In this document: positions 48,315 to 60,093 of the stretch, piece by piece | Layout: each line of letters starts with the position of its first letter | Numbering within the stretch: position 1 is the first letter of the stretch | From: Dehalococcoidia bacterium | GTDB taxonomy: Bacteria > Chloroflexota > Dehalococcoidia > UBA2979 | Direction: 5' to 3' | Assembly: GCA_965262725.1 (NCBI GenBank) | Contig: OZ253555.1 | Coordinates: forward strand, 544,001-608,000 | DNA length: 64,000 bases | Translations under genes and position numbers: made by a program | Notes under the pieces: model-generated | Told to the model about the DNA's origin: nothing | The model's database searches: none | The model's input: only the letters and a program-made list of their open reading frames with translations

Positions 48315-50411
48315 ATGTCCCGCACCACCCCGCTCGACCGTGTGCGCAATATCGGCATCATCGCGCATATCGACGCGGGCAAGACGACTGTGACCGAGCG
48401 CGTGCTCTTCTACACCGGGCGGACCCACCGCATCGGCGAGACGCACGAGGGCACGGCCGTCATGGACTGGATGGAGCAGGAGCGCGAGCGGGGGATCACG
48501 ATCACCTCCGCCGCCACCTCCGCCGAGTGGGCGGGTCACCAGGTCAACATCATCGACACCCCGGGTCACGTCGACTTCACCGTGGAGGTCGAGCGCTCGC
48601 TGCGCGTGCTCGACGGCGGCGTGGTTGTCTTCGACGGCGTCGCGGGCGTGGAGCCGCAGTCGGAGACGGTGTGGCGCCAGGCGGACCGCTACGGCGTGCC
48701 GCGCATCTGCTTCGTGAACAAGATGGATCGCGTCGGGGCCGACTTCGAGAACTGCGTGCAGATGATCATCGACCGCTTGGCGGCGACGCCCGTTCCGCTG
48801 CAGATCCCTTGGGGCCTCGAGGGCGATCACCGGGGCGTCATCGACCTCATCGAGATGGTCGCCTACGGCTTCGGCGGCGAGCGCGGTACCGACGTGGCGA
48901 CGGAGCCGATCCCGCCGGAGTATCGCGCCCGAGCCGAGGCCGCCCGCGAGGCGATGATCGAGCGCATCGCCGAGAACGACGACCAGCTCATGGTCTCCTT
49001 CTTGGAGGGGCACGAGATCGGGCTCATCGAGCTCCGCAAGGCGATCCGGCGCGCCACGGTGTCCACCGCGATCGCGCCGGTGCTCTGCGGCGCCGCGCTC
49101 CGCGACAAGGGCGTGCAGCCCCTGCTCGACGCCGTGATTGACTTCCTGCCGTCGCCGCTCGACGTGCCGCCGGTGACGGCCCGCCGACTCGACGACCCGG
49201 AGCAGATGGAGGAGCGGCCGCCCGACCCGGGCGAGGCACTCACGGCGCTCGCCTTCAAGGTGGTCTCCGATCCCTTCGTCGGCCGGCTCGTCTTCTTCCG
49301 CGTCTACTCGGGCGTGGTGCGCTCGGGCGATCAGGTGCTGAACAGCACGCGCAACAGGCGCGAGCGCTTCGGCCGCATCATGAAGATGCACGCGAACTCG
49401 CGCGAGGAGGTCACCGAGGTCTACCCCGGCGACATCGCCGCCGCCATCGGCCTCAAGGACACTTTCACGGGGGACACGATCTGCGACCGCGAGCGGCCGA
49501 TGCTGCTCGAGGCGATCCGCTTCCCGGAGCCGGTGATCTCCGTGGCCATTGAGCCGAAGACGCGCGATGACCAGCAGCGGATGGGGAACGCGCTGCAGCG
49601 ACTCACCGAGGAGGATCCGACCTTCCGGGTGCGGCTCGACGAGGAGACCGGGCAGACCGTGATCTCCGGAATGGGCGAGCTCCACCTCGAGGTGATCGTC
49701 GACCGCATGCGGCGCGAGTACAAGGTGGGCGCGAGCGTCGGGCGCCCGCAGGTCGCCTACCGCGAGACGATCAGCCGCCCCGCCGTTGCCGAGGGCCGCT
49801 TCGTGCGCCAGACCGGCGGCCGCGGGCAGTACGGCGTCTGCACGCTGGAGGTCACGCCGGCGGAGGCCGGCTCGGGCTTCCGTTTCGAGGATCGCATCGT
49901 GGGCGGCTCCATCCCCCGGGAGTACATTCCGGCGGTTCGCCGCGGCGTGGAGAATGCCCTGACCTCGGGGCCGAAGGCGGGCTACCCCGTGGTGGACGTC
50001 CACGTCGCGCTCACCGACGGTGCCTACCACGCGGTCGACTCCTCGGAGATGGCGTTCGAGACGGCGGGCTCCATCGGCCTGCGCCTCGCCCTGCAGAAGG
50101 GCGCGCCGATACTGCTTGAGCCGGTGATGCGACTCGACGTCGTGACGCCGGAGGAGCACCTCGGGGACGTGATGGGCGACATCACCGGCCGGCGCGGCGC
50201 CGTGCAGGGGGCGGAGGCGCGCGCCAACACGCAGACCGTGCAGACGATCGTGCCGCTCGCGGAGACCTTCGGGTACTCGACGGATCTGCGATCGATGACA
50301 CAGGGACGGGCGACGTACTCGATGCAGTTCGATCACTACGAGCGGGTGCCGGAGCGGGTGGCCGGGGAGATCGGCGGCCGTGCGCCGAGCAGGGCTCGTC
50401 GTGCGGGGTAG
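48315..50411 (+). CDS. fusA: elongation factor G
   Basis: [34 protein letters not shown]. Confidence 0.98.
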   Translation: MSRTTPLDRVRNIGIIAHIDAGKTTVTERVLFYTGRTHRIGETHEGTAVMDWMEQERERGITITSAATSAEWAGHQVNIIDTPGHVDFTVEVERSLRVLDGGVVVFDGVAGVEPQSETVWRQADRYGVPRICFVNKMDRVGADFENCVQMIIDRLAATPVPLQIPWGLEGDHRGVIDLIEMVAYGFGGERGTDVATEPIPPEYRARAEAAREAMIERIAENDDQLMVSFLEGHEIGLIELRKAIRRATVSTAIAPVLCGAALRDKGVQPLLDAVIDFLPSPLDVPPVTARRLDDPEQMEERPPDPGEALTALAFKVVSDPFVGRLVFFRVYSGVVRSGDQVLNSTRNRRERFGRIMKMHANSREEVTEVYPGDIAAAIGLKDTFTGDTICDRERPMLLEAIRFPEPVISVAIEPKTRDDQQRMGNALQRLTEEDPTFRVRLDEETGQTVISGMGELHLEVIVDRMRREYKVGASVGRPQVAYRETISRPAVAEGRFVRQTGGRGQYGVCTLEVTPAEAGSGFRFEDRIVGGSIPREYIPAVRRGVENALTSGPKAGYPVVDVHVALTDGAYHAVDSSEMAFETAGSIGLRLALQKGAPILLEPVMRLDVVTPEEHLGDVMGDITGRRGAVQGAEARANTQTVQTIVPLAETFGYSTDLRSMTQGRATYSMQFDHYERVPERVAGEIGGRAPSRARRAG

Positions 50412-50445
50412 CGGGTCTGCGGGAGCGGACGAGGGAGCGTAGGGA

Positions 50446-51645
50446 ATGGCGAAGGACAGGTTTGCGCGAACGAAGCCGCACGCGAACGTGGGGACTATTG
50501 GTCACGTCGACCACGGGAAGACGACGCTGACGGCGGCGATCACGAAGGTGCTGTCGATGCGCGGGGATGCGGAGTTCCGTCCGTTCGACTCGATCGACAA
50601 CGCGCCGGAGGAACGTAAGCGGGGGATCACGATTGCTATTCAGCACGTGGAGTACGAGACGGAGAGCCGTCACTACGCGCACGTGGACTGTCCGGGGCAC
50701 GCGGACTACATCAAGAACATGATCACGGGTGCGGCGCAGATGGACGGGGCGATTCTGGTGGTGGCGGCGCCGGACGGGCCGATGCCGCAGACGCGGGAGC
50801 ACCTGTTGCTGGCGCGGCAGGTGCAGGTGCCGTCGGTGGTGGTGTTTCTGAACAAGGTCGACATGATGGAGGACGAGGAGCTTCTGGAGCTGGTGGAGCT
50901 GGAGCTTCGGGATCTGTTGTCGGACAACGAGTTTCCTGGTGACGACGTGCCGATCATTCGAGGGTCGGCGCTGGCGGCGCTGGAGTCGGAGTCGACGGAC
51001 GTGGGTGCGACGGAGTACGCGCCGATTCTGGAGCTGATGTCGTCGGTGGACGAGTACATACCGCAGCCGGACCGACCGAAGGACCAGCCGTTCTTGATGC
51101 CGATCGAGGACGTGTTCGGGATCAAGGGTCGTGGGACGGTGGTAACGGGTCGAATCGAGCGCGGCGTGGTGAACGTGGGGGACGAGATCGAGATCGTGGG
51201 GATCCGTCCGACGCGGAAGACGACGGTGACCGGAGTGGAGATGTTCAAGAAGCTTCTTGACTCCGGGGAGGCCGGGGACAACGTGGGGGCGCTACTGCGG
51301 GGGATCGAGCGAACGGACGTGGAGCGCGGGCAGGTGCTGGCGGCGCCTGGGTCGATCACGCCGCACACGCGGTTTGCGGGCGAGGTGTACATCCTGTCGA
51401 AGGAGGAGGGGGGACGGCACACGCCGTTCTTCAGCGGGTACCGGCCGCAGTTTTACGTGCGGACGACGGACGTGACGGGAGTGGTGACGTTGCCCGAGGG
51501 GACCGAGATGGTCATGCCCGGGGATAACGTGGCGTTGAACGTGGAGCTGATCACGCCGGTGGCGGTGGAGCAGGGTCTGCGGTTTGCGATTCGGGAGGGC
51601 GGCCGCACGGTGGGTGCGGGCGTGGTGACGCAGATCATCGAGTAG
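50446..51645 (+). CDS. tuf: elongation factor Tu
   Basis: [32 protein letters not shown]. Confidence 0.99.
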   Translation: MAKDRFARTKPHANVGTIGHVDHGKTTLTAAITKVLSMRGDAEFRPFDSIDNAPEERKRGITIAIQHVEYETESRHYAHVDCPGHADYIKNMITGAAQMDGAILVVAAPDGPMPQTREHLLLARQVQVPSVVVFLNKVDMMEDEELLELVELELRDLLSDNEFPGDDVPIIRGSALAALESESTDVGATEYAPILELMSSVDEYIPQPDRPKDQPFLMPIEDVFGIKGRGTVVTGRIERGVVNVGDEIEIVGIRPTRKTTVTGVEMFKKLLDSGEAGDNVGALLRGIERTDVERGQVLAAPGSITPHTRFAGEVYILSKEEGGRHTPFFSGYRPQFYVRTTDVTGVVTLPEGTEMVMPGDNVALNVELITPVAVEQGLRFAIREGGRTVGAGVVTQIIE

Positions 51646-51696
51646 GCGAGCCGGGGGACCGACGGGGCTTTCGGGAGCAGGGCCGAGGGGGAGAGC

Positions 51697-52005
51697 GTGG
51701 CACGCCAACGGATCCGGATTCGACTCCGGGCCTATGACCATCGTGTGCTCGACGCCTCGGCGAGGCAGATCGTCGAGTCGGCGGAGCGCACCGGCGCGGC
51801 CGTGGCCGGCCCGGTGCCGCTGCCGACGCGCATCCAGAAATACACCGTGATCCGCTCGCCCTTCATCGACAAGGATTCGCGCGATCAGTTCGAGATCCGG
51901 ACGCACAAGCGCCTGATCGACATCTACGAGCCGACGTCGCGCACGATCGACACGCTGATGCGGCTGCAGTTGCCATCCGGCGTGGATATCGAGATCAAGC
52001 TTTAG
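51697..52005 (+). CDS. rpsJ: 30S ribosomal protein S10
   Basis: [24 protein letters not shown]. Confidence 0.98.
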   Translation: MARQRIRIRLRAYDHRVLDASARQIVESAERTGAAVAGPVPLPTRIQKYTVIRSPFIDKDSRDQFEIRTHKRLIDIYEPTSRTIDTLMRLQLPSGVDIEIKL

Positions 52006-52045
52006 CAAAGCGGGGGGGTCGCCCCCGCGGAGGAGATGGGACGTC

Positions 52046-52840
52046 GTGTTCGCCGGGATGATCGGCCGCAAGGTGGGGATGATGACGCTCTATGACGGCA
52101 CCGGCCGTGTGCGTCCCGTCACGGCCATCGAGCTCGGCCCCAACCGCGTGACGCAGATTCGCACCGTTGAACGCGACGGCTACACGGCGATACAGGTCGG
52201 CTTCGCGCACGGGCCGAAGCGGCTGACGCAGCCCGAGCGCGGCCACCTGAGCAGGGCCGGCATTGACGAGGCGCTGGGGGCGCTGCGCGAGTTCCCGCTT
52301 CCGGCCGATGCCGACGTCGCCGTCGGCCGTGAGCTGACGGTGGCCGACATCGAGCCCGGCCACTACGTCTCGGTGACGGGCGTGAGCAAGGGACGCGGAT
52401 TCTCGGGCGGCGTCCGGCGCTGGGGCTTCCACGGTGGGCCGAAGACGCACGGCCAGTCCGATCGCCACCGGGCGCCCGGCTCCGTGGGGGCCGGCACCAC
52501 CCCCGGCAAGGTGTGGAAGGGCCAGAAGATGGCCGGCCGCATGGGGGCCCGCACCGACAGCCAGCTCAACCTCCTGGTCGTGACCACCGATCCGGCGCGC
52601 AACCTGGTCTTCGTGCAGGGCTCCGTCCCCGGCGCCCCGCAGGGGCTCGTCGCGGTCACGCCCGGACGGCGCTCACCGCTTGAGGGCTACGAGCCGCCGC
52701 CGCCCTTCGATCCCCCGCAGGAGCCCGAGCCCGAGCCCGAGGTCGCGCCTGAGCCCGAGGCCGCGCCCGAGCCCGAGGCCGTGAACGACGCCTCGCCCGA
52801 GGCTGCGGCCGACGGTGGTAGTGGGGAGGGCGCGGAGTGA
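52046..52840 (+). CDS. rplC: 50S ribosomal protein L3 with PE-rich tail
   Basis: G.KVGM, SKGRGF.G, HRAPGSVG, KMAG. Confidence 0.97.
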   Translation: MFAGMIGRKVGMMTLYDGTGRVRPVTAIELGPNRVTQIRTVERDGYTAIQVGFAHGPKRLTQPERGHLSRAGIDEALGALREFPLPADADVAVGRELTVADIEPGHYVSVTGVSKGRGFSGGVRRWGFHGGPKTHGQSDRHRAPGSVGAGTTPGKVWKGQKMAGRMGARTDSQLNLLVVTTDPARNLVFVQGSVPGAPQGLVAVTPGRRSPLEGYEPPPPFDPPQEPEPEPEVAPEPEAAPEPEAVNDASPEAAADGGSGEGAE

Positions 52841-53529
52841 AACTCGCCGTGACCGACCCCCGCGGGGAGGGCGCGCGTGCCATCGAGGTGGACGACGCCG
52901 TCTTCGGCGTCGAGCCCCACATCGCCGTGGTGCACCAGACGCTTCTGGCTCAGCTCGCCGCGCGCCGCGCCGGGACCGCCTCCACCAAGTCGCGGGGCGA
53001 GGTCAGGGGCTCCACGCGCAAGATCAGCCGCCAGAAGGGCCTCGGGGCGGCCCGGCAGGGTTCGAACCGCGCGCCGCACCGGCGCGGCGGCGGGGTCGTC
53101 TTCGGTCCGAAGCCGCGGAGCTTCCGGCAGAGGCTGCCGAAGCGGATGCGCCGCCTGGCGATCCGCTCGGTGCTCTCCTCGCGCGTCAGAGATGAGCGGC
53201 TGCGCGTCGTCACCGCGCTCGACGATCCGGAGGCGAACGGGCAGCCTTCCACGAAGTCCGTCATCCGGCTGCTTCACGCGCTCGGCGTCGAGCGCTCGGC
53301 GCTCATCGTCACCGGCGCCCCCGACCGCGGCACCTATCTCTCCGCGCGCAACGTGGCCGGTGCCGACGTGCTGCCGGCCGACACGATCTCGGTCGCCGAC
53401 CTGCTCGCGCACCACACGCTGGTCTTGACGGTCGATGCGGTGCGCCGCTGCGAGGAGCTCTGGGGGGGCGACCGCGCCGCGGGCCGCTCCCGCCCCGTCG
53501 GCGTGTCCGGGCTGGCGGAGGTCGAGTAG
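52837..53529 (+). CDS. rplD: 50S ribosomal protein L4
   Basis: [32 protein letters not shown]. Confidence 0.97.
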   Translation: MKLAVTDPRGEGARAIEVDDAVFGVEPHIAVVHQTLLAQLAARRAGTASTKSRGEVRGSTRKISRQKGLGAARQGSNRAPHRRGGGVVFGPKPRSFRQRLPKRMRRLAIRSVLSSRVRDERLRVVTALDDPEANGQPSTKSVIRLLHALGVERSALIVTGAPDRGTYLSARNVAGADVLPADTISVADLLAHHTLVLTVDAVRRCEELWGGDRAAGRSRPVGVSGLAEVE

Positions 53530-53826
53530 ATGCCGAAGCAGATCCACAGCTACGAGGTGCTGCGCCGTCCGATCGTCACCGAGAAGAGCACCGCGCTCGC
53601 AGCCTCCGGGAAGTACGTCTTCGAGGTCGCCGTCGGCGCCAACAAGCCCCAGATCCAGGAGGCCGTGGAGAAGGCCTTCGACGTCCACGTGCGCGCCGTC
53701 AACGTGATGCGCGTGCGCGGGAAGACGAAGCGGCGCGGGCGCGTCACCGGCCGTGCCCGCGACTGGAAGAAGGCGATCGTCACGCTTCAGCCGGGCGATC
53801 AAATTCAGCTGTTCGAGGGCGTCTAG
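53530..53826 (+). CDS. rplW: 50S ribosomal protein L23
   Basis: P.VTEKS, ANK..I..AVE..F, WKKAIV. Confidence 0.97.
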   Translation: MPKQIHSYEVLRRPIVTEKSTALAASGKYVFEVAVGANKPQIQEAVEKAFDVHVRAVNVMRVRGKTKRRGRVTGRARDWKKAIVTLQPGDQIQLFEGV

Positions 53827-54663
53827 ATGCCGATACGTGCGTTCCGACCGACCTCGCCCGGGCGGCGAAACGCCACCGGCCATACCTTTTCCGAGATCAC
53901 GAAGAAGCGGCCGGAGAAACGGCTCCTGGCGTCGAAGAAGCAGCGCGCCGGGCGCGGCGGCGACGGCCGCATCTCGATCCGGCACCGGGGCGGCGGGCAC
54001 AAGAGGCGTGTACGCCTCATCGACTTCCGGCGCGACAAGGATGGCGTGCCGGGCCGCGTCGCGGCCATCGAGTACGACCCCGGACGCACCGCGCGCATCG
54101 CGCTCGTCTTCTACGTCGACGGCGACAAGCGCTACATGCTGGCGCCGGACCGCCTGGCGGTCGGCGATACCGTGATCTCCGCGAAGGACGCGCCCATCGC
54201 CCCCGGCAACTCGCTCCCGCTCTCGGCGATCCCGGTCGGGAGCCAGGTCCACTGCGTGGAGCTGCAGCCCGGCCGCGGGGGGCAGCTCGGGCGCTCGGCG
54301 GGTACCTCCATCCAGCTGATGGCGAAGGAGTCCGGCTATGCGCTGCTGCGCCTCCCGTCGGGGGAGATGCGGCAGGTGCAGGAGAGCTGCCGCGCCACCA
54401 TCGGCGCCGTCGGCAACCCCGAGCACGCACAGATCAAGCTCGGCAAGGCGGGCCGCTCGCGGCATCGCGGCCGGCGGCCGCAGGTGCGCGGCTCGGCGAT
54501 GAATCCCGTCGACCACCCCCACGGTGGAGGCGAGGGGAAGGCTCCGATCGGGCTCCCCGGGCCGAAGACGCCGTGGGGCAAGCCGGCGCTCGGCTACCGC
54601 ACGCGCAGCAACAAGCGGACGAGCACGTTCATCGTGCGCCGTCGCGGCCGGCGCCGCCGCTAG
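53827..54663 (+). CDS. rplB: 50S ribosomal protein L2
   Basis: [33 protein letters not shown]. Confidence 0.98.
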   Translation: MPIRAFRPTSPGRRNATGHTFSEITKKRPEKRLLASKKQRAGRGGDGRISIRHRGGGHKRRVRLIDFRRDKDGVPGRVAAIEYDPGRTARIALVFYVDGDKRYMLAPDRLAVGDTVISAKDAPIAPGNSLPLSAIPVGSQVHCVELQPGRGGQLGRSAGTSIQLMAKESGYALLRLPSGEMRQVQESCRATIGAVGNPEHAQIKLGKAGRSRHRGRRPQVRGSAMNPVDHPHGGGEGKAPIGLPGPKTPWGKPALGYRTRSNKRTSTFIVRRRGRRRR

Positions 54664-54678
54664 GGCTGGGGGAGGGCG

Positions 54679-54963
54679 ATGTCGCGATCGACGAAGAAGG
54701 GTCCCTACGTGGACGCGAAGCTGATGCGCAGGGTGGAGGCCGCGCAGCGGGGCGGTCGCCGGCAGGTGATCCGCACCTGGTCGCGCGCCTCCACCGTGAT
54801 GCCGGAGATGGTGGGTCTGACGATCGCGGTGCACGACGGCCGCCGGCACATCCCGGTGCTGTGCACGGAGAACATGGTGGGGCACAAGCTCGGCGAGTTC
54901 GCGTTCACGCGGTCCTTCCGCGGGCACCGCGGGCGCTCCGAGGTCCTGACCCGCAGCCGCTAG
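54679..54963 (+). CDS. rpsS: 30S ribosomal protein S19
   Basis: [23 protein letters not shown]. Confidence 0.98.
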   Translation: MSRSTKKGPYVDAKLMRRVEAAQRGGRRQVIRTWSRASTVMPEMVGLTIAVHDGRRHIPVLCTENMVGHKLGEFAFTRSFRGHRGRSEVLTRSR

Positions 54964-55008
54964 CCAGAGAACGATGGCAATGATCGAGGTCGGAGGGGCG
55001 AGGTCGAG

Positions 55009-55350
55009 ATGACGGAGGTCCGGGCTTTGGCCACGAACCAGCCGGTGTCGCCCCGCAAGGTGCGCCTGGTGCTGGAGACGATCCGCGGCCTGCCGGTCGC
55101 GCAGGCCCTCGACGTGCTGGCGGCGCTGCCGCAGCCCGCCGCGCGCATCGTCCGTGGCGTCGTTCGCTCCGCGGCGGCGAACGCCGAGAACAACCACGCG
55201 CTCGACCCGGACGGGCTGCGCGTGAAGTCAGCCATCGCTGGCGATGCGGCGAGGCTGCGCCGCTTCAAGGCCCGCTCTCGCGGGCGCGCGGCGCCGCGCG
55301 TGACGCGGCTTTCCCACATCGAGATCGTGGTCGAGGGCGAGGGCTACTGA
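55009..55350 (+). CDS. rplV: 50S ribosomal protein L22
   Basis: SPRKVRLV, SAAANAENN, R..GRA, SHI. Confidence 0.96.
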   Translation: MTEVRALATNQPVSPRKVRLVLETIRGLPVAQALDVLAALPQPAARIVRGVVRSAAANAENNHALDPDGLRVKSAIAGDAARLRRFKARSRGRAAPRVTRLSHIEIVVEGEGY

Positions 55351-56021
55351 TGGGACGCAAGGTCCACCCGTACGGGTTCCGCCTGGGCGTGATCCGCGAC
55401 TGGCAGTCGAAGTGGTACGCGAACCGCGACTACGCGGTGCTCGCGAAGGAAGACATGCTGCTCCGGCGGCTGATCATGAGGACGCTTCCCGACGCCGGCA
55501 TCTCCCAGATCCTCATCGACCGGAACGCGAACCAGTTGACGATGACGCTCAAGACCGCGAAGCCCGGCATCGTGATCGGGCGCGGCGGACAGAACGCCGA
55601 GCGGCTGCGCCAGCTGCTGCAGGGCGCCACCGACCGGCGCGTGCGTCTGAACATCGACGAGATTCGCATTCCGGAGCTCGACGCCTTTCTCGTGGCGCGC
55701 TCGGTGGCCGATCAACTCGAGCGCCGCGTCGCCTTCCGCCGCGCGATGAAGCAGGCCGTGCAGCGCACGATGTCGCGTGGCGCGCTCGGCTGCCGCGTCC
55801 GGATCAGCGGCCGGCTGGGCGGCACCGAAATGTCGCGCTCGGAGCAGGAGATGCAGGGGCGAGTCCCGCTCCACACGCTGCGCGCGGACATCGACTTCGG
55901 CATCGCCGAGGCGAGGACGACCTACGGCGTCATCGGCGTGAAGTGCTGGATCTACAAGGGCGACATCGCGCCGGAGGCGTCGCCGCTCGCGGCGGCCCTC
56001 GCGATGTCGACCCCGGACTGA
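55350..56021 (+). CDS. rpsC: 30S ribosomal protein S3
   Basis: [33 protein letters not shown]. Confidence 0.98.
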   Translation: MGRKVHPYGFRLGVIRDWQSKWYANRDYAVLAKEDMLLRRLIMRTLPDAGISQILIDRNANQLTMTLKTAKPGIVIGRGGQNAERLRQLLQGATDRRVRLNIDEIRIPELDAFLVARSVADQLERRVAFRRAMKQAVQRTMSRGALGCRVRISGRLGGTEMSRSEQEMQGRVPLHTLRADIDFGIAEARTTYGVIGVKCWIYKGDIAPEASPLAAALAMSTPD

Positions 56022-56031
56022 GAGACGCGCC

Positions 56032-56448
56032 ATGTTGATGCCACGTCGCACCAAGTACCGCAAGCAGTTCCGGGGCCGCCGGCGAGGAGCCGCGCAGACG
56101 GGGAACGACATTGCCTTCGGCGAGTTCGGGCTGCAGGCGCGCTCCAACGGCTGGGTCGACGCGCGCCAGATCGAGGCGGCGAGGCGCTCCATCACGGGCA
56201 CGCTGCGCCGCGGCGGGAAGGTGTGGATCCGCATCTTCCCGGACAAGCCCGTCTCCCAGAAGCCGGTCGAGACCCGCATGGGCAAGGGGAAGGGCGCGAC
56301 CGACCGGTGGGTCGCGGTCGTCCGCCGCGGCCGCGTGATCTTCGAGGTGGCCGGCGTCCCGGAGGAGGCCGCGCGCGAGGCGTTCCGCCGTGCCCATCAC
56401 AAGCTCCCTCTCGACACCAAGGTGATCACGCGCGAGGAGGTGGTGTGA
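56032..56448 (+). CDS. rplP: 50S ribosomal protein L16
   Basis: [24 protein letters not shown]. Confidence 0.98.
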   Translation: MLMPRRTKYRKQFRGRRRGAAQTGNDIAFGEFGLQARSNGWVDARQIEAARRSITGTLRRGGKVWIRIFPDKPVSQKPVETRMGKGKGATDRWVAVVRRGRVIFEVAGVPEEAAREAFRRAHHKLPLDTKVITREEVV

Positions 56449-56723
56449 TGGCGAACCGCCTGGCGCAGGGGCTGCGCGAACGCAGCGACGAGCAGCTGCG
56501 CGGCGATCTGCAGAGCGCGCACGAGGAACTCTTCACGCTGCGGTTTCAGGCGTCGACCCGCCAGCTCGCCGACGTCTCGAAGATCCGGAAGACGCGCCGC
56601 CAGATCGCGCGGCTGCGCACGTTGATGAGCGAGCGCGGGCACGTCCTCGCCGGCTCCATGCCAGCGGGGGCCGTACCCACAGACGAACCGGCGGCCGAAC
56701 CTCCGGCCGTGGACGAGGAGTAG
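56448..56723 (+). CDS. rpmC: 50S ribosomal protein L29
   Basis: ELF.LRFQ, R..RRQIARL.T; operon position. Confidence 0.93.
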   Translation: MANRLAQGLRERSDEQLRGDLQSAHEELFTLRFQASTRQLADVSKIRKTRRQIARLRTLMSERGHVLAGSMPAGAVPTDEPAAEPPAVDEE

Positions 56724-56726
56724 CAG

Positions 56727-57218
56727 GTGGCCTCCAGCGAGCCGGTCCCGGTGAACCGGAAGACGCGCCTCGGCACGGTCGTCTCCGACAGGATGGAGCA
56801 AACGCTGGTCGTCGCGATCGGGCGCACGTCGCGCCATCCGCTCTACCGCAAGGTGATCCGCCGGACGAAGCGCTACCACGTGCACGACCCCGAGGGCCTC
56901 GGCACTCTTGGCGACACCGTGCGTATCGAGGAGTGCCGCCCCATCAGCCGGACGAAGAGCTGGCGGCTCGTTGAGGTGCTGACCGAGCGCGAGGTCGCCG
57001 ACGTCGCCGCGGAGGAGATCGACCGCTCGCTGGTCGAGGAGATCCAGCGCTCGCCGGTCAACCGGGAGCAGGCCGAGGCCGCAGACGAGGCCGCAAGTGA
57101 GGCCACAGACGAGGCCGCAGATGAGGCCGCAAGTGAGGCCACAGACGAGGCCGCAGACGAGGCCGCGGTGGAGCCGGAGGCCAGCGACGGGCCGGCGACG
57201 GACGGGGGCGGGGAGTGA
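56727..57218 (+). CDS. rpsQ: 30S ribosomal protein S17 with acidic repeat tail
   Basis: G.VVSD.M, HPLY.K, GDTV.I.ECRPIS.TK.W. Confidence 0.96.
   Translation: MASSEPVPVNRKTRLGTVVSDRMEQTLVVAIGRTSRHPLYRKVIRRTKRYHVHDPEGLGTLGDTVRIEECRPISRTKSWRLVEVLTEREVADVAAEEIDRSLVEEIQRSPVNREQAEAADEAASEATDEAADEAASEATDEAADEAAVEPEASDGPATDGGGE
57075..57167 (+). repeat. 12/36-bp in-frame repeat ([12 protein letters not shown]) in the S17 tail
   Basis: gaggccgcagac-gaggccgcaagt-gaggccacagac repeated. Confidence 0.85.
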
Positions 57219-57586
57219 TTCAGCAGGAGTCGCGCTTGCACGTCGCCGACAACTCCGGCGCCCGGGAGATCCTCTGCATCCGCGTGCTCGGAGGGACGCG
57301 CCGGCGCTATGCGCGCGTCGGCGACATCATCGTCGCGACCGTGAAGGACGCGCAGCCGAACTCGGCGGTGCGCAAGGGCGAGGTCGTGCGGGCCGTCGTC
57401 GTGCGTACCAAGAAGTCCCAGCAGCGCACCGACGGCTCCAGCATCCGCTTCGACGACAACGCCGCGGTCGTCCTCGCCGACAAGGACGGCAACCCCCGCG
57501 GCACCCGCATCTTCGGCCCGGTCGCCCGCGAGCTCAGGGACCGGCGCTACATGCGCATCATCTCGCTCGCTCCGGAGGTTCTGTGA
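57215..57586 (+). CDS. rplN: 50S ribosomal protein L14
   Basis: [26 protein letters not shown]. Confidence 0.98.
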   Translation: MIQQESRLHVADNSGAREILCIRVLGGTRRRYARVGDIIVATVKDAQPNSAVRKGEVVRAVVVRTKKSQQRTDGSSIRFDDNAAVVLADKDGNPRGTRIFGPVARELRDRRYMRIISLAPEVL

Positions 57587-57903
57587 TGGCGGCGAAGATC
57601 CGGCGCAGCGATACGGTGCGCGTCATGGCCGGCAAGGATCGCGGCCGTCAGGGCGAGGTGCGCCAGGTGCTGCCCAGCAGGGGCCGCGCCGTGGTGACGG
57701 GCGTGAATATGAGCCGCCACCACCGGCGCGCGCGCTCCGCGACGGATCCCGGCGGCCTCGTCGACGTCGAATCGCCGATACACCTCTCCAACCTGCAGGT
57801 CGTCTGCCCCTCGTGCGACCGGCCGACGCGCATAGGATTCCGCTTGCTCGACGGAGGGCAGAAGGTCCGCTACTGCAAGCGCTGCGACGAGGCGGTCGAC
57901 TGA
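57586..57903 (+). CDS. rplX: 50S ribosomal protein L24
   Basis: DTV.V.AGKDRG, E.PIH.SN, CxxC...CxxC. Confidence 0.95.
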   Translation: MAAKIRRSDTVRVMAGKDRGRQGEVRQVLPSRGRAVVTGVNMSRHHRRARSATDPGGLVDVESPIHLSNLQVVCPSCDRPTRIGFRLLDGGQKVRYCKRCDEAVD

Positions 57904-58475
57904 TGGCAGAGGCTGCCGCGAGCGTCGCCAAGCCGCGTCTGCGCGCGCGCTTCCGCGAGGAGGTGTCGCCCGCGCTGACGCGCGAATTCGGCTATACGAA
58001 CGTGATGCGCGTGCCCACGCTCTCGCGGATCGTGATCAACGTCGGCCTGGGCGAGGCGCTGACCAATGCGCGCGCCGTCGAGATGGCGACCGCCGACCTG
58101 ATGACGATCACCGGGCAGCGACCCGTCGTGACCCGGGCGAAGCGCGCGATATCGAACTTCCGGCTCCGCGCCGGGAATCCCATCGGTCTGAAAGTGACGC
58201 TGCGGGCGGACCGCATGTGGGAGTTCTTCGACCGCCTGGTGAACGCGGGACTCCCGCGCACCCGGGACTTCCGCGGCGTCCCGCTTGAGGCGTTCGACGG
58301 ACGGGGCAACTACTCGCTCGGCATCTCGGAGCAGTTGATCTTCCCGGAGATCGACTTCGCCTCGATCGATCGCGTGCGAGGGATGCAGGTGAACATCGTG
58401 ACGACAGCGCGAACGGACGAGGAGGGGCAGCGGCTTCTCACCCTCCTCGGCATGCCGTTCGCGCGGCGCGACTAG
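57903..58475 (+). CDS. rplE: 50S ribosomal protein L5
   Basis: [24 protein letters not shown]. Confidence 0.97.
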   Translation: MAEAAASVAKPRLRARFREEVSPALTREFGYTNVMRVPTLSRIVINVGLGEALTNARAVEMATADLMTITGQRPVVTRAKRAISNFRLRAGNPIGLKVTLRADRMWEFFDRLVNAGLPRTRDFRGVPLEAFDGRGNYSLGISEQLIFPEIDFASIDRVRGMQVNIVTTARTDEEGQRLLTLLGMPFARRD

Positions 58476-58502
58476 GGCGCCAGGGCAGGAAGCAGGGCGA
58501 AT

Positions 58503-58706
58503 ATGGCGAAGAAGTCGCAGATCGCGAAGGCGTTGCGGACACCGCGGTTCAGCTCCCGCATGCTGAACCGCTGCCCGGTCGTGTGGGTCGATCGTCCCTG
58601 CGGCCGGCCGCGCGCATTCATGCGGAAGTTCGGCATGTGCCGGATCTGTTTCCGCCGACTCGCGAACGAGGGGAAGCTTCCCGGCGTGCGGAAGTCGTCG
58701 TGGTAG
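58503..58706 (+). CDS. rpsZ: 30S ribosomal protein S14 type Z (CX8C variant)
   Basis: MAKKS, NRC....[19 protein letters not shown]. Confidence 0.93.
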   Translation: MAKKSQIAKALRTPRFSSRMLNRCPVVWVDRPCGRPRAFMRKFGMCRICFRRLANEGKLPGVRKSSW

Positions 58707-58749
58707 GCGACGGAGAGCGCACCCGGTGGGAAGGGGCGAGGCTGACACC

Positions 58750-59148
58750 ATGACGATGTCCGACCCTTTGGCCGACATGTTCACGCGCATCCGCAACAGC
58801 GCCACCGCGCGCCACGAGTGGGTCCGCGTGCCGACCTCCAACGTGAAGCGGGCGGTCGCCGGCGTGCTCCGCGACGAGGGCTTTATCGCCGCCGTCGAGG
58901 AGGAGGCGGAGGGGCCGCGCAGCTACCTCAGGCTGCGGATCACCTACGGCGAGGACCGCAAGGCCGTGCTCGGCGGGATCCGCCGCGTCTCCAAGCCGGG
59001 TCTCCGCGTCTATGTGAACCGCCGCGAGGTGCCGCGGGTTCTCGGCGGGCTCGGCATCGCGATCCTCAGCACGTCGCAGGGCGTGATGTCCGATCGCGAG
59101 GCGTGGCGCCGCAAGATTGGTGGCGAGGTCCTGTGCTACGTCTGGTAG
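58750..59148 (+). CDS. rpsH: 30S ribosomal protein S8
   Basis: DPLADM.TRIRN, SKPGLRVY, STSQG, GGEVLCYVW. Confidence 0.98.
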   Translation: MTMSDPLADMFTRIRNSATARHEWVRVPTSNVKRAVAGVLRDEGFIAAVEEEAEGPRSYLRLRITYGEDRKAVLGGIRRVSKPGLRVYVNRREVPRVLGGLGIAILSTSQGVMSDREAWRRKIGGEVLCYVW

Positions 59149-59188
59149 GTCGCCTCACGGGCGGCCGGGGAGTCGGGAGCGGAGCGCG

Positions 59189-59725
59189 ATGTCGCGTGTA
59201 GGCAAGAAGCCGGTGTCGCTGCCTGCGGGCGTCGAGGTGACGCTCGACGGGCAGCGCGTGCACGTGCGCGGCCCGCAGGGGGAGCTGGAGCACGACGTGC
59301 ATCCGGCGATCCGCGTGGCGCAGGCGGACGGGGAGATCCGGGTCGAGCGCCCCGGCGATCGGCCGGAGCACAGAGCGCTCCACGGTCTCACGCGCGCGCT
59401 GATCGCGAACATGGTGACCGGCGTGACGGAGGGGTACCGCCGCTCGCTTGAGATCACCGGCACGGGCTACCGCGCGCAGCTGCGCGGGGAGAGTCTCGTT
59501 CTCAGCGTCGGCTTCTCCCATCCCGTCGAGCTCGCGCCGCTTCCTGGCGTGGCGTTCGAGGTCGAGACGCCCACGCGCATCCACGTCAGCGGCATCGACA
59601 AGCAGGCGGTGGGCCAGCAGGCCGCGCTCGTCAGGCGCGTGCGCCCACCGGAGCCCTACCGCGGCAAGGGGATTCGCTACCGCGGTGAGGTCGTCCGGCT
59701 GCGCGCCGGGAAGGCGAAGAAGTAA
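59189..59725 (+). CDS. rplF: 50S ribosomal protein L6
   Basis: [24 protein letters not shown]. Confidence 0.97.
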   Translation: MSRVGKKPVSLPAGVEVTLDGQRVHVRGPQGELEHDVHPAIRVAQADGEIRVERPGDRPEHRALHGLTRALIANMVTGVTEGYRRSLEITGTGYRAQLRGESLVLSVGFSHPVELAPLPGVAFEVETPTRIHVSGIDKQAVGQQAALVRRVRPPEPYRGKGIRYRGEVVRLRAGKAKK

Positions 59726-60093
59726 TGGCATCTGCCGCGCGATCGACGCGCCGGGCCGCGAGGCTGCGCCGTCACCACAGCATCCGTCGCCGGCTGCAGG
59801 GCACGGCGGGGCGCCCTCGCCTCTGCGTCTTCCGCTCGAACCAGCACATCTACGCCCAGGTGATCGACGACGCGGCGGGGCGCACGCTCGCCGCCGCCTC
59901 CGACCTGGAGGAGACGATCCGCGGACAGGCGGGCACCAAGTCCGAGCGCGCCCGGCAGGTCGGGCGCGTGCTCGCCGAGCGCGCGAAGGACGTTGGCCTG
60001 ACCTCCGTGGTGTTCGATCGTGGCGGCTTCTCCTACGCGGGTCGCGTGCGCGCGCTCGCCGAGGCGGCCCGCGAGGAAGGACTGGTGTTCTGA
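59725..60093 (+). CDS. rplR: 50S ribosomal protein L18
   Basis: RPRL.VFRSN.HIYAQ, VFDRGG, AREEGL. Confidence 0.97.
   Translation: MASAARSTRRAARLRRHHSIRRRLQGTAGRPRLCVFRSNQHIYAQVIDDAAGRTLAAASDLEETIRGQAGTKSERARQVGRVLAERAKDVGLTSVVFDRGGFSYAGRVRALAEAAREEGLVF

Noticed and set aside
13062-55197. Many long antisense or alternate-frame ORFs (e.g. 13062-15494, 23431-25695, 52687-55197)
   Set aside because: Expected in very high GC DNA opposite well-supported genes
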